The notes under the pieces are model-generated. The model was not told where the DNA came from, made no database searches, and was given only the letters and a program-made list of their open reading frames with translations. Positions 26,789 to 36,225 of a DNA stretch of 64,000 nt are shown piece after piece. The DNA comes from a virus: positions 1 through 64,000 of IMG/VR virus record IMGVR_UViG_3300047673_000158; one strand, given 5' to 3'. A program made the position numbers and the translations under genes. The stretch's first letter is position 1; each line of letters starts with the position of its first letter.

Positions 26789-27093
26789 AAGACTTTCTGA
26801 TTTTAATCGCGCTGTGCGGTGCGGTGATATTCGGAATTACTTCGTGTGAGCAATCGAAGTGGTATCAGGACAGCGAGAAATCGAGGCGCGAACAGGAAAG
26901 GCTTGATGCAACACCGCACGTGATCCGTGAAGCGGACGGCTGCAAAGTGTACGCGTTCAAGTCGGGCGACAACTGGCATTACTTCACAAGATGCGCTGAC
27001 GGCACAGTAACGACAGAGCGCAACTATTCAGAACGGCACGGAAAGACGACCGTCCATAAATCCGAAACCATCGTTACGTCGGGGAACAGATGA
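26785..27093 (+). CDS. Putative lipoprotein within lysis cassette
   Basis: Signal peptide ending ITSC; DGCKVYAF...HYFTRC beta domain. Confidence 0.68.
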   Translation: MKDFLILIALCGAVIFGITSCEQSKWYQDSEKSRREQERLDATPHVIREADGCKVYAFKSGDNWHYFTRCADGTVTTERNYSERHGKTTVHKSETIVTSGNR

Positions 27094-27215
27094 AGCAGGA
27101 CGCAATTCTGGCGATGCTGTGTGGCGCAGTTTTCGTGGCCGGGTTGCTTACTGGCTATTTCGCAAAAGAGCCGGTGGCGAAGCCGGTTCATATCGTGAGG
27201 GTGATTCAGGCATGA
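27090..27215 (+). CDS. Small membrane protein (41 aa)
   Basis: MKQDAILAMLCGAVFVAGLLTGYF...; ATGA overlaps at both ends. Confidence 0.55.
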   Translation: MKQDAILAMLCGAVFVAGLLTGYFAKEPVAKPVHIVRVIQA

Positions 27216-27430
27216 AGCGAGCATTGATTGGCGCGGCAATCGGCAGCGTGTTGGCGCGCAAGAGTGGCACGGTTGTGTCCATGGGCGGCGAACCCGTTGG
27301 CCTAGCGCGAGCGGATTTCAAAGATCGCATTGCAGCCATGCAAATGCGCGGAACGATTCGGACGTGCGTTAAGAATGCGCGGCGTGAATACAACCGCATG
27401 GCGGGCAGCGACAAACTGCCGAAGCCGTGA
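27212..27430 (+). CDS. Hypothetical protein
   Basis: ATGA-coupled; GAGGG RBS. Confidence 0.5.
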   Translation: MKRALIGAAIGSVLARKSGTVVSMGGEPVGLARADFKDRIAAMQMRGTIRTCVKNARREYNRMAGSDKLPKP

Positions 27431-27506
27431 TAGTCGCTTTCGCAATTGCAGTTCCGGTGGCGCTGGGGTTTGGCGCCTTCGTGTATCGGTTGACGGGGGA
27501 AATCAC

Positions 27507-27974
27507 ATGGCAGGACTGAGCATTTACGCAAAGCTGGTGGCAGCGGCAATCGTGGCGCTGCTGATAGTCGCTTTCGGCTGGCATGAATACAAGGCCGGTG
27601 AAACGGCAGGCATGGCAGCGGTGCAGCAGAAGTGGGACCGGCAAACGGCTGCTGTGAGCCAGGCAACCACGGTGGCAGTGACGGCAGCGGCGAGCGATGC
27701 GCTGGCGAATTACAAGGCGGCTGGTGCGAGTGCGCAGCAGGCCGACGAACACAAGGCGCAGCAGGCTGCTGTGCGGGCCGATTTCAAATCACAGGTGCAG
27801 GACTATGCGAATCATCATGATGGGGCAAACGCCGGGCAAGACGCGACCGGGAATGCTGGCTGCGCTGCTGGGCTTGGCGCTGACGGGCTGCGCATCTGGA
27901 ACAGCGCCAATGCAGCCGCTAACGGTGGTGGTGCCGTCAAGCCATCCGACAGTGCGGCAAGCGTTGCTCAATGA
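27507..27974 (+). CDS. Inner-membrane spanin (Rz-like)
   Basis: N-terminal TM, Ala/Gln helical body, C-terminal C..GLGADGLRIWN. Confidence 0.8.
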   Translation: MAGLSIYAKLVAAAIVALLIVAFGWHEYKAGETAGMAAVQQKWDRQTAAVSQATTVAVTAAASDALANYKAAGASAQQADEHKAQQAAVRADFKSQVQDYANHHDGANAGQDATGNAGCAAGLGADGLRIWNSANAAANGGGAVKPSDSAASVAQ

Positions 27975-28128
27975 TTGCGCGAGCGTTGCGCCTGCTGCTA
28001 GTGGTCGCCTGGTTGACCTGCTATCCAATCACGTGGACGTGGCGCTGGCATTGGCGGATTGTCGGAGAAGTAAGGCTGATCTGGCCGAAGCGCTCAAAGC
28101 GCAAAAAGGTATTGACATTGTGCCGTGA
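27805..28128 (+). CDS. Outer-membrane spanin lipoprotein (Rz1-like), overlapping
   Basis: LLGLALTGC lipobox in +1 frame overlapping the 3' end of Rz; exact start uncertain. Confidence 0.75.
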   Translation: MRIIMMGQTPGKTRPGMLAALLGLALTGCASGTAPMQPLTVVVPSSHPTVRQALLNDCASVAPAASGRLVDLLSNHVDVALALADCRRSKADLAEALKAQKGIDIVP

Positions 28129-28208
28129 CGTGCCGCTGGCCGTTCGCTATTCGCGAATGGCGAATACACGAACCACGTGAAGCGGCGGCCGTCAAGCGAT
28201 ATGTGTAG

Positions 28209-28282
28209 TTATCCATAGGCAGGGCAGGTTATCCACAGCAGAAGCGCACCATGGTGGTGCATTGTGGATAACCTGTGGATAA
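28209..28282. promoter_or_regulatory. Cluster of four DnaA-box matches around an NtrC-like palindrome
   Basis: TTATCCATA 28209, TTATCCACA 28229, TGTGGATAA 28263 and 28274; CGCACCATGGTGGTGCA 28245-28261. Confidence 0.65.
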
Positions 28283-28284
28283 GT

Positions 28285-28332
28285 GGGTCCTTCCGGGCGG
28301 CACTGGCATGCGGGGGCCAAGCACGCGCGGGG
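28285..28332 (+). other. Lambda-like cos site (cosQ plus cosN)
   Basis: GGGTCCT (identical to lambda cosQ) at 28285-28291; candidate 12-nt end GGGCCAAGCACG at 28314-28325 followed by CGCGGG; just upstream of terS. Confidence 0.65.
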
Positions 28333-28436
28333 TTGAAATTCTCCGAGCGTTTTTCAAACTCAAACTATCACTATCTGGCATTTGTCAAGTGTTTGAGCGT
28401 TAACGATAAAAGCATTTTTTCGAGATAGTAAACGCC

Positions 28437-28949
28437 ATGGCTGAATCGGCACGGGGAACCGTCGTAAATCGCGCAGGGCTGGCCGAAATCTTCGGCGTGG
28501 CGCTAACCACTATCGACACCTGGGTGAAGGCCGGCTGCCCCGTTATGCAACGCGGCGGCCGAGGTGTTGAATGGCGCTTCGACACCGCCGCCGTGGCCCG
28601 CTGGCGCACCGACGACGCCGCCCAGCGCGCGAAGGGCGACGTTCCAGACGATGCCGACAAGCTGGAACTGCGCAAGCTGGCCGCCGAAACGATGGTGGCC
28701 GAATTAAAGCTGGCCACCGCGCGCGGCGAAGTTGCGCCCGTGGCAGAGTTTGAGAAGGCCACCGCACGGTTAATGGCGACGATACGGGCTAACGTGCTGA
28801 ACGTCGCGCCGCGCGCCGTCCTGCGCCTTCTAGCAGAAACGGACGAAACAACGTTTAAACGGGTTTTGCGCGAGGAATTGGCGCTGGCGCTTGAGCAATC
28901 GGCAGAAGCTCCGCTGGAACTGGACGAAGACGGGGAATCGGACGAATGA
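28437..28949 (+). CDS. Terminase small subunit (Nu1-like)
   Basis: VNRAGLAEIFGV...TIDTW...GCP...FDTAAV..W winged HTH. Confidence 0.92.
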   Translation: MAESARGTVVNRAGLAEIFGVALTTIDTWVKAGCPVMQRGGRGVEWRFDTAAVARWRTDDAAQRAKGDVPDDADKLELRKLAAETMVAELKLATARGEVAPVAEFEKATARLMATIRANVLNVAPRAVLRLLAETDETTFKRVLREELALALEQSAEAPLELDEDGESDE

Positions 28950-29527
28950 AACGCGGGGAAGCGAAATCGTTAGGGCTAACTCATTATTCGACGGGCAAGC
29001 CATGTAAGGCAGGGCATATTTCAGCGCGGCGGGTTCAAGACGGCGTTTGCTCAATGTGCGCCGTGGAAAATTCAAGGGCTTGGCGCGGAAAGTACCCTGA
29101 AAGAAAAAAGGCAGTATCGCGTGCCGAATACGATAAAAACCGAGAAAAATACTCGGCGCGGCAGCGCCAAGCAAGGGGTGTAATGAAAGAAAATATCGCG
29201 CTAAGGCAGCGCGATTATTACCTTTCAAACAAGGGAAATTTTTACTCTGCTGTGTGGAGACGGCGTGCGGCGAAACTTCGCGCAATACCAGCGTGGTATG
29301 GCGAGTTAGATAGTCTCGTGATGATCGAAGCGGCTGATTTATGCGCTATTCGACAGCAAACAACGGGAGTTAGTTGGCATGTTGACCACATGGTGCCGCT
29401 TCAGGCCAGAAACGCATGTGGGCTGCACTGCGCAGAAAACGTGCAAGTAATCCCGGCGAAAATGAACATCGCAAAGCGCAACCATATGCGATTGACGCAG
29501 CCGCTTGAATGGCTGAAGCACATTTGA
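28946..29527 (+). CDS. HNH endonuclease (putative homing endonuclease)
   Basis: YSTGKPCKAGH N-terminus; WHVDHMVPL...CGLH..ENVQVI...N..K.N; visibly lower GC. Confidence 0.88.
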   Translation: MKRGEAKSLGLTHYSTGKPCKAGHISARRVQDGVCSMCAVENSRAWRGKYPERKKAVSRAEYDKNREKYSARQRQARGVMKENIALRQRDYYLSNKGNFYSAVWRRRAAKLRAIPAWYGELDSLVMIEAADLCAIRQQTTGVSWHVDHMVPLQARNACGLHCAENVQVIPAKMNIAKRNHMRLTQPLEWLKHI

Positions 29528-29540
29528 GAAAGCCACTTTC

Positions 29541-31574
29541 ATGAACCACCCATTCAGCAACCTGGATGCCGTAGTTGCAGCAGCCAGCCGCGCCGCGCAA
29601 AACCTAATTCCGCCCGCCGAAATGAAGCCCAGCGAGTGGGCGGAAAAGAATATCCGAATCCCAATCGGAAACGCAGTTCCGGGTCCAATCAATTTCGACA
29701 ATGCGCCATACCAAAGGGGCATGATTGATTGCGTAGTTGAGCCTGGCATTAAGCGCGTTACTTTTCAGACCGGCGCGCAATTAGGCAAGACCACTACACA
29801 ACAATGCATTACGGGCTACTTCATCGACCACGACCCGCGTTCGCAGATTTTCGTCATGCCAACGCAGAACGACGTGCAGACATTCCAGCAAACGAAATTG
29901 GTTCCAATGTTGGAAGCCAATCCGCGCATTACGCGAAAGCTGGCAAAGGCGCGCGGACGCGAAGGCGTCAACAATTCGAGAATGATTAGTTTTGTTGGCG
30001 GGTTCCTGATGTTTTCATGGGCAGGCAGCCCGCGCACCCTTCGCGGACGATCTGCGCCGATTACCCAAGCCGATGAAATCGACGGCATGGAAATGATTGA
30101 AGGCGAAGGCGATCCGCTGGAACTGCTGGACCAGCGCGCGGCCACTTTCGGCGACCTGGCGATTAACACGGCATCAAGCACGCCGACAATCAAGGGAATT
30201 TCGAGAATTGAAAAGCGCTTTCTGGCGGGCGATCAACGGCGTTATTTTGTTCCGTGCCCGGATTGCGACGAGCCGCAATATTTGAAGTGGACGCAGGTTT
30301 TTTGGGACGGCCGCGACGCGCCAGAAGCCGAACAACACCCGCACACCGCGCGCTATGTGTGTGAGCATTGCGGCAGCATGTGGAACGACGGCCAGCGCGT
30401 GGCGGCGATTCGAAACGCAGAGAAAAACGGTGGCGGCTGGAAGGCGGCGAATCCGTTCAAGGGCCACGCGTCATTTCATGCGCCGGAAATGCTTTCGACG
30501 TTCCGCAAGCTGGGCGACATTGTCCAGTCGTATTTGAATAAGCTGGCCGCTGGCGATTTGCAATCTTTCGTCAACGTTTCTTTGGGCGAATGTTTCGAGG
30601 AAACCGCCGAACAGGCCGACCCGGATTCACTCTGCGCGCGCCGGGAAGTGTACGCGGCGCAGGTGCCAATGCACGGCCTTTATCTGACGTGCGGCGTGGA
30701 CATGCAAACCGACCGGCTGGAAGTCGAAATAGTGGCCTGGGGGCTGTTCGAACAGTCATGGTCTGTCGCTTACCGCGTGCTGTACGGCGATCCGCTATCG
30801 GGCGACGTGTGGAACGACCTGGACGACCTGCTGGCCGAAGAATTCCAGCATGAAAGCGGCGCGCTGCTATCCATCCAGGCAACCACCGTGGACACGGGCG
30901 GCACGACGGGTTACACCCAGGCCGCCTATGAATACATTCGCGCCCGCCGCGCCCGAAAGATATTCGCTATCAAGGGCATTCCGGGCTGGGGTCGCGCCAT
31001 TGTCGAGAAGCCGCAGCGCAAGCAATCCGGCAAACACAGCCGGAAAGTCGATTTGTACCAGGTGGGCGTGGACGAAGCGAAGCTGGTTGTTATGCGCCGA
31101 CTTGCAATGAAGCGCGAAGGGCCGGGTTATTGCCACTTTCCGGCCGACGAAGACCACGGCGAAGACTATTTCAAGCAATTAACGGCTGAAAAGCTGAAAA
31201 CCCGCTTCGTGCGGGGCTTCCCGGTGCGCGAGTGGCACAAGGGCGACAAGGTGCGAAACGAGGCTTTGGACTGCCGCGTGTACGCCATGGCAGCCCTAAA
31301 AATCATGAATCCATCATTGCGCCAGCTTGCAAAACGGCTGATTTTGAACCCGGAAACGCAGACATGGGCGCCCGTGGCCGACAATCCGGCCGAAATCGCG
31401 CCGATTCAGCCCGAAAAGCCACGCCCACTGCCCAAACCGACGCCGAAGCCCGTTAAGGCGGCAGAAAACCCCGCCGTGGCTAAGGAACAAGCGCCCAGCG
31501 AAACTAGGCCCATTAAACGGGCGAAATCGCTAACCGCAGGCAGGCGCCGTGGGGGATTCGCCACCAACTGGTGA
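29541..31574 (+). CDS. Terminase large subunit (lambda gpA family)
   Basis: APYQ, GAQLGKT, ADEID, SSTPT, CPDC/CEHC, GVDMQ, DTGG, RNEALDCRVY. Confidence 0.96.
   Translation: MNHPFSNLDAVVAAASRAAQNLIPPAEMKPSEWAEKNIRIPIGNAVPGPINFDNAPYQRGMIDCVVEPGIKRVTFQTGAQLGKTTTQQCITGYFIDHDPRSQIFVMPTQNDVQTFQQTKLVPMLEANPRITRKLAKARGREGVNNSRMISFVGGFLMFSWAGSPRTLRGRSAPITQADEIDGMEMIEGEGDPLELLDQRAATFGDLAINTASSTPTIKGISRIEKRFLAGDQRRYFVPCPDCDEPQYLKWTQVFWDGRDAPEAEQHPHTARYVCEHCGSMWNDGQRVAAIRNAEKNGGGWKAANPFKGHASFHAPEMLSTFRKLGDIVQSYLNKLAAGDLQSFVNVSLGECFEETAEQADPDSLCARREVYAAQVPMHGLYLTCGVDMQTDRLEVEIVAWGLFEQSWSVAYRVLYGDPLSGDVWNDLDDLLAEEFQHESGALLSIQATTVDTGGTTGYTQAAYEYIRARRARKIFAIKGIPGWGRAIVEKPQRKQSGKHSRKVDLYQVGVDEAKLVVMRRLAMKREGPGYCHFPADEDHGEDYFKQLTAEKLKTRFVRGFPVREWHKGDKVRNEALDCRVYAMAALKIMNPSLRQLAKRLILNPETQTWAPVADNPAEIAPIQPEKPRPLPKPTPKPVKAAENPAVAKEQAPSETRPIKRAKSLTAGRRRGGFATNW
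31467..31505 (+). promoter_or_regulatory. Putative late promoter inside terL 3' end
   Basis: AACCCCGCCGTGG-20bp-GAAACT. Confidence 0.62.
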
Positions 31575-31578
31575 CGTA

Positions 31579-32109
31579 ATGCAGGGGCAATTTCCGAACA
31601 GCATCCGTGCTGGCGTGACGTTTTCGCGCACCGTGTGCCTGAAACAGTACCAAGCGCCCCTGTGGGCGCTTTCTGTGCTGCTGCGCGGACCAAAGGCTAT
31701 TGATTTTTCCAGCGCGCCTTCGGGCAGTGACCACCTTCTGACGGTGGACGCCGCGACCACGGCGACGTGGCCCGCCGGGGATTACGTTTTTTCCATGCGC
31801 GCCGTGTCGAGCGGCACCGTAATGGAAGTCGAATCCGGGCTGGTGACGGTTCAGCCCGACATTGCCGCGATGGCTGACGGCACCGACACCCGCGTGCACG
31901 CCCAGCGTGTCCTGGATGCCGTCGAAGCGGTGCTGGAGAAGCGCGCAACGCAGGATCAAATGCGCTACGCCATCAATAACCGCGAGTTGTGGCGCACGCC
32001 CATTGCCGACCTGATGGCCCTGCGGAATTTCTACAAAAGCGAACTGCGCCGCATGAAGGCCGCCCAGCGTGGCCGCCTGTTTGGCGACCAGGTAAAGGTG
32101 ATTCTCTAA
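31579..32109 (+). CDS. Head-tail joining protein (gpW-like C-terminal domain)
   Basis: LDAVEAVL...YAINNREL...ADLMALR; between terL and portal. Confidence 0.75.
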   Translation: MQGQFPNSIRAGVTFSRTVCLKQYQAPLWALSVLLRGPKAIDFSSAPSGSDHLLTVDAATTATWPAGDYVFSMRAVSSGTVMEVESGLVTVQPDIAAMADGTDTRVHAQRVLDAVEAVLEKRATQDQMRYAINNRELWRTPIADLMALRNFYKSELRRMKAAQRGRLFGDQVKVIL

Positions 32110-33689
32110 TGGGAATGTTCGATTTCATTCGCTCGCGTGGGCTGATGCCCGCCCGCGCCGTCGAAATGCCGTCCACCACGCCACCTTCGCGCCCGGCGCG
32201 CGCCCTTCGCGCTGCTGGCCGCGCGATCCGTTCCGCGATGCAGTTCAATGCTGCGGGCTTTGACCGTTTAAACGCAACATGGACCGGCACGGCGCTGCCC
32301 GCTGACTGGATCATTACGAGGAACTATCGCCCACTTGTCGCGCGTTCGCGCGAACAGGCGATGAACAACGACTATGCGCGGGCGTTCCTGCGCATGTGTA
32401 GCCAGAACATCGTGGGGCCGAAAGGCATAACCATGAAAGCCGCTTTCCAGAAAGCGGACGGCAGCCACGACGCTGACACCAGCCGGGCGCTGAAGGCCGC
32501 ATGGGAACAGTGGGGCCACAAAAGCACGGCTGACGTGGCGGGCAAAAAGTCGTGGCGCGCTATCCAGCGCTTGCTGGTTAAAAGCGCGGTGCAGGACGGT
32601 GAATTTTTCCTGCGCATCGTGACGGGCAAAGACGCCGGAAAGTGGGGTTTCGCGGTGCAGGTGATCGACCCGCTGCGGGTGCCTGTCGATTACAACGTGG
32701 ACCGCTACAACCAAAGCAACTTCATTCGCCACGGCATCGAATTTACCCGCTTCGGCCGCCCGGTGGCCTACCACCTTTCGACGGTGGACGACGGCGAAGC
32801 CGAATATGAGTATGCGGGCGTCGGTTACACGACCGTACCGGCCGACCAGATGGTGCACGGCTTCCTGGAAGACATGGTGGGCCAGAAGCGCGGACTGCCC
32901 TGGATGGCCACGGCGCTGTTTCGTATGCGGAATATGGGCGCATTCGAAGACGCGGCAATCATCAACGCCCGTGTCGGCGCGTCAAAAATGGGCTTCGTCC
33001 AGTGGAAGGAAGGGCAGGCGCCTGAATTTGAAGACGGCGACGACCCGACGAGCCTGGAATTCGACGCTGAACCGGGCTCATTCAACGTGCTGCCAGAAGG
33101 CGCGGAAATGAAGGAATGGCTGCCGCAATACCCCAGCGGCGAGTTCCTTCCCGTGTTCAAAACTCTGCTGCGCGGCGCAAGCGCTGGCTTTGGTGTTTCG
33201 TATAACAACCTGGCCAGCGACCTGGAAGGCGTCAATTTTTCGAGTATCCGCCAGGGCACGCTGGACGAACGCGAACACTGGAAAGAGTTGCAGGAATGGC
33301 TTATTGAAGACGCCATTCAGCCGGTGCAGGAAGCGTGGCTGCGCTATTCGCTGCTGAAAGGGCGAATCAAGGTTAAAGGAAAGCCGCTTTCACCTGCGCT
33401 TCTGGACGAACTGCAAGGCGCGATTAGCTGGCAGCCGCGCCGCTGGCAGTGGATCGACCCAACGGCCGACGTAGCCGCCGCCGTGGAGTCGAAAAACAAC
33501 CTGCTAACCAGCGCCGGGCGAATCATCCGTGAATGGGGCGGCGACCCTGACGAAATCTTTGCAGACATTGCCGCAGACATTAAGGCGATGGAAGCCGCTG
33601 GCATTGACGAGAAATACATTCTGGCATCCATGGGCCAGGCGCTTGCGCCGCCGCCCGTGGCGTCAGAAGGCAGCCACCCGAACAGCTAA
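32109..33689 (+). CDS. Portal protein, lambda family
   Basis: ARSRE...NNDYA, QDGEFF, GIEF...GRPVAYH, QKRGLP, VNFSSIR, WIDP. Confidence 0.95.
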   Translation: MGMFDFIRSRGLMPARAVEMPSTTPPSRPARALRAAGRAIRSAMQFNAAGFDRLNATWTGTALPADWIITRNYRPLVARSREQAMNNDYARAFLRMCSQNIVGPKGITMKAAFQKADGSHDADTSRALKAAWEQWGHKSTADVAGKKSWRAIQRLLVKSAVQDGEFFLRIVTGKDAGKWGFAVQVIDPLRVPVDYNVDRYNQSNFIRHGIEFTRFGRPVAYHLSTVDDGEAEYEYAGVGYTTVPADQMVHGFLEDMVGQKRGLPWMATALFRMRNMGAFEDAAIINARVGASKMGFVQWKEGQAPEFEDGDDPTSLEFDAEPGSFNVLPEGAEMKEWLPQYPSGEFLPVFKTLLRGASAGFGVSYNNLASDLEGVNFSSIRQGTLDEREHWKELQEWLIEDAIQPVQEAWLRYSLLKGRIKVKGKPLSPALLDELQGAISWQPRRWQWIDPTADVAAAVESKNNLLTSAGRIIREWGGDPDEIFADIAADIKAMEAAGIDEKYILASMGQALAPPPVASEGSHPNS

Positions 33690-33695
33690 GACACC

Positions 33696-35624
33696 ATGAC
33701 GACACCGACGACAAAAGAGCCGATTTCCCTGCGCGAAATTAACAGCCGTGGCGTGCACCTGCGCACGGCCGAAGTGGGCGCGATTGACGTAGAGGCGCGC
33801 ACCGTCGAACTGGCGTTCAGTTCGGAAATCGAAGTGCCGCGCTGGTGGGGCGTTGAGATTCTTTCGCACGCCGAAGGGGCCGCCGACCTGTCGCGCCTGA
33901 ATAACGGCGGTGCACTTCTGATGGACCACGACCGCACCGACCAGGTGGGCGTGATCGAGTCCGCGCGAATCGACGGCGACAAGCGCGGCCGGGCTGTCGT
34001 TCGTTTCGGGCGCGGCGTGCGAGCCAGCGAAGTGTTCCAGGACGTTATCGACAAAATCCGCACGCACGTTTCCGTGGGTTACACCATTGACGCGTACATG
34101 CTGACCGAGGAACGCGAAGGCGAGCCCGTGTACACCGTCACATCCTGGATGCCGATGGAAATTTCTTTCGTGAGCATTCCGGCCGACGATTCCGTGGGCG
34201 TAGGGCGTTCGGCAGAAAACCCCGCCGTGGAAACACCCGTGGCAGCGCCGCAAAATCCAAACGTGCCCGAAAAGGGCAATGAAATCCAGAACGCAAACAT
34301 TACAGGAATCCGAAGCATGCCGGAACCGACACAGGAAACGCAAACCATCGACGCCGACGCACAGCGCCGCGCCGGTGCTGATGCCGAGCGCGCCCGCGTT
34401 CGGGACATTATCGCGGCTGGCACCCAATACGGTGCCGACGAACTGGCACGTGAATTCGTGTCGAACGGCAAAGGCATGGACGAGTTCCGCGCCGCGCTTC
34501 TGACGCACGTCGAACAGCGCCAATCGCGCCCGCTTGCCGAGCAAACGCTGGACGCCAGCGTGGGCCTGTCGGCAGAAGACGCGCGTAAGTTTTCGTTCAT
34601 GAAGGCAATCCGCGCACTGGCGAATCCGACCGACCGCAAGGCGCAGAAGGAAGCCGGTTTCGAAATCGAAGCTGGCCGCGCTGCCGCCGAAAAGCTGGGC
34701 AAGGAAGCGCAGGGCATCATGGTGCCGCCTGAAGTGCTGGGCCGCTCACTGATCGAGTCGCGCAATTTCAACGCAGGCCAGAACGGACAGACCGGCGCAG
34801 GCAGCACGGGCGGCGCATCCATCGCCACCGAACTGATGGCGAGCGCGTTTATCGACTTGCTGCGCAACGCAACCACCATCATGCAATTGGGCCGACCGAT
34901 TGGCGGCCTGGTCGGCAACGTGGACATTCCGCGCAAAACTGCCCGCTCGCAAGGCTACTGGATCGGTGAAGGCGACGACGCGCCAGAAGGCGAAATGGAC
35001 CTGGGCCAAATCGCACTGTCTCCCAAGACGGTTGCGGCCTATTCGGACATTACCCGCCGCTTGATGATGCAATCGAGCCTGGACGTTGAAGCGCTGGTGC
35101 GCGCCGATCTGGCCGAAGCGCTGGGCCTGGCGATCGACTACGCCGGTTACTACGGTTCGGGCACGGCACACCAGCCGAAGGGCATTTCGAACTACACGGG
35201 CATTTCCGCCGTTCCGTTCGCTGCGGCCAATCCGTCGTATTCGGAAATCGTTTCGATGGAAACCGCGATTGCGTCGAAAAACGCGGCCGTGGCAAACATG
35301 GCTTACGTCGTCAACGCGACCACCAAGGGCGGCGCAAAGACCACGCAGAAATTCCCTGGCACGCCGACCGGCGCCACCCTGTGGGAACAGGGCGACACCA
35401 TGAACGGCTACCAGACGCGCGTGACGAACCAGCTTGCTGGCGATGACGTGTTTTTCGGCAACTTTGCCGACCTGATTATTGCCATGTGGGGCGGCCTTGA
35501 CCTGACGGTGGACACCATGTCCCTGTCGAAGTCGGGCGGAACCCGCATCGTGGTTTTCCAGGATGTCGATTTCGCACTGCGTCGCGTCGAATCGTTCGCT
35601 GTCGGTCGCCATACCGGCGCGTAA
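33696..35624 (+). CDS. Fused HK97-type prohead protease and major capsid protein
   Basis: LLMDH, VSVGY, EISFVSIPAD protease motifs; linker; HK97-fold capsid motifs (WIGEG, LSPKTVAA, FFGNF). Confidence 0.93.
   Translation: MTTPTTKEPISLREINSRGVHLRTAEVGAIDVEARTVELAFSSEIEVPRWWGVEILSHAEGAADLSRLNNGGALLMDHDRTDQVGVIESARIDGDKRGRAVVRFGRGVRASEVFQDVIDKIRTHVSVGYTIDAYMLTEEREGEPVYTVTSWMPMEISFVSIPADDSVGVGRSAENPAVETPVAAPQNPNVPEKGNEIQNANITGIRSMPEPTQETQTIDADAQRRAGADAERARVRDIIAAGTQYGADELAREFVSNGKGMDEFRAALLTHVEQRQSRPLAEQTLDASVGLSAEDARKFSFMKAIRALANPTDRKAQKEAGFEIEAGRAAAEKLGKEAQGIMVPPEVLGRSLIESRNFNAGQNGQTGAGSTGGASIATELMASAFIDLLRNATTIMQLGRPIGGLVGNVDIPRKTARSQGYWIGEGDDAPEGEMDLGQIALSPKTVAAYSDITRRLMMQSSLDVEALVRADLAEALGLAIDYAGYYGSGTAHQPKGISNYTGISAVPFAAANPSYSEIVSMETAIASKNAAVANMAYVVNATTKGGAKTTQKFPGTPTGATLWEQGDTMNGYQTRVTNQLAGDDVFFGNFADLIIAMWGGLDLTVDTMSLSKSGGTRIVVFQDVDFALRRVESFAVGRHTGA
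34218..34256 (+). promoter_or_regulatory. Putative internal late promoter between protease and capsid domains
   Basis: AACCCCGCCGTGG-20bp-CAAAAT; in-frame ATG at 34317 with AGGA at 34304. Confidence 0.65.
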
Positions 35625-35669
35625 CAGTTAAGGCAGTAAGCGGCATAGGCTGCCGCTACTGAGACACGG

Positions 35670-35696
35670 AACGGGCAGCGAAGCGCTGCCCGTTTT
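35670..35696 (+). terminator. Intrinsic terminator after capsid gene
   Basis: AACGGGCAGCG/CGCTGCCCGTT stem followed by TT. Confidence 0.75.
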
Positions 35697-35713
35697 CACA
35701 TCAAAATGGAGAA

Positions 35714-35908
35714 TTGAAAGTGGCTTTCGAACGCGGGGAAGTGCTGGAAGTGCTGAAGCCGTTTTTTGTGGACGGCGAAATGGTTATGCCGGGTGATCGG
35801 GTGGAATTGCTGCGCGCCGACGCCATGCACCTGAAATCACGCGGCATGGTGGTGGCAGAAGGCACCCAGCGGGCCGCCAAGTCGCCCGCCAAGGGCAAGG
35901 CAGCCTGA
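35714..35908 (+). CDS. Small head-associated hypothetical protein
   Basis: TTG start after GGAG; typical post-capsid small beta protein. Confidence 0.65.
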   Translation: MKVAFERGEVLEVLKPFFVDGEMVMPGDRVELLRADAMHLKSRGMVVAEGTQRAAKSPAKGKAA

Positions 35909-36225
35909 TGCCAGCGCATCCCGCCTGGGACGTTCTGGACGACTTTCTGGACCCGGACGACTTCGCCAGCCAGGCAACAATCACGCTGGGCGACGGCAGC
36001 GTGGTAATTGCCATGGGCGTGCTGGATGAACCGGGGCAGACCATTGGCGTGGGCACGGCCGAAATGGACACCACGCGGCCGATTTTCACGTGCAAGTTTG
36101 TGGACGTGGCAGCCGTTCGGCGCGGCAATTTTGTGGCTATCGAGGGAAAGCCTTACGAAGTCCACAAAAGCCCGCACGCCCTGGGTGACGGCATGGCCCT
36201 GCTGTACCTGGAGCCGTCGTTATGA
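35908..36225 (+). CDS. Head-tail joining/closure protein (FII-like)
   Basis: FLDPDDF...DGMALLYL; position. Confidence 0.75.
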   Translation: MPAHPAWDVLDDFLDPDDFASQATITLGDGSVVIAMGVLDEPGQTIGVGTAEMDTTRPIFTCKFVDVAAVRRGNFVAIEGKPYEVHKSPHALGDGMALLYLEPSL

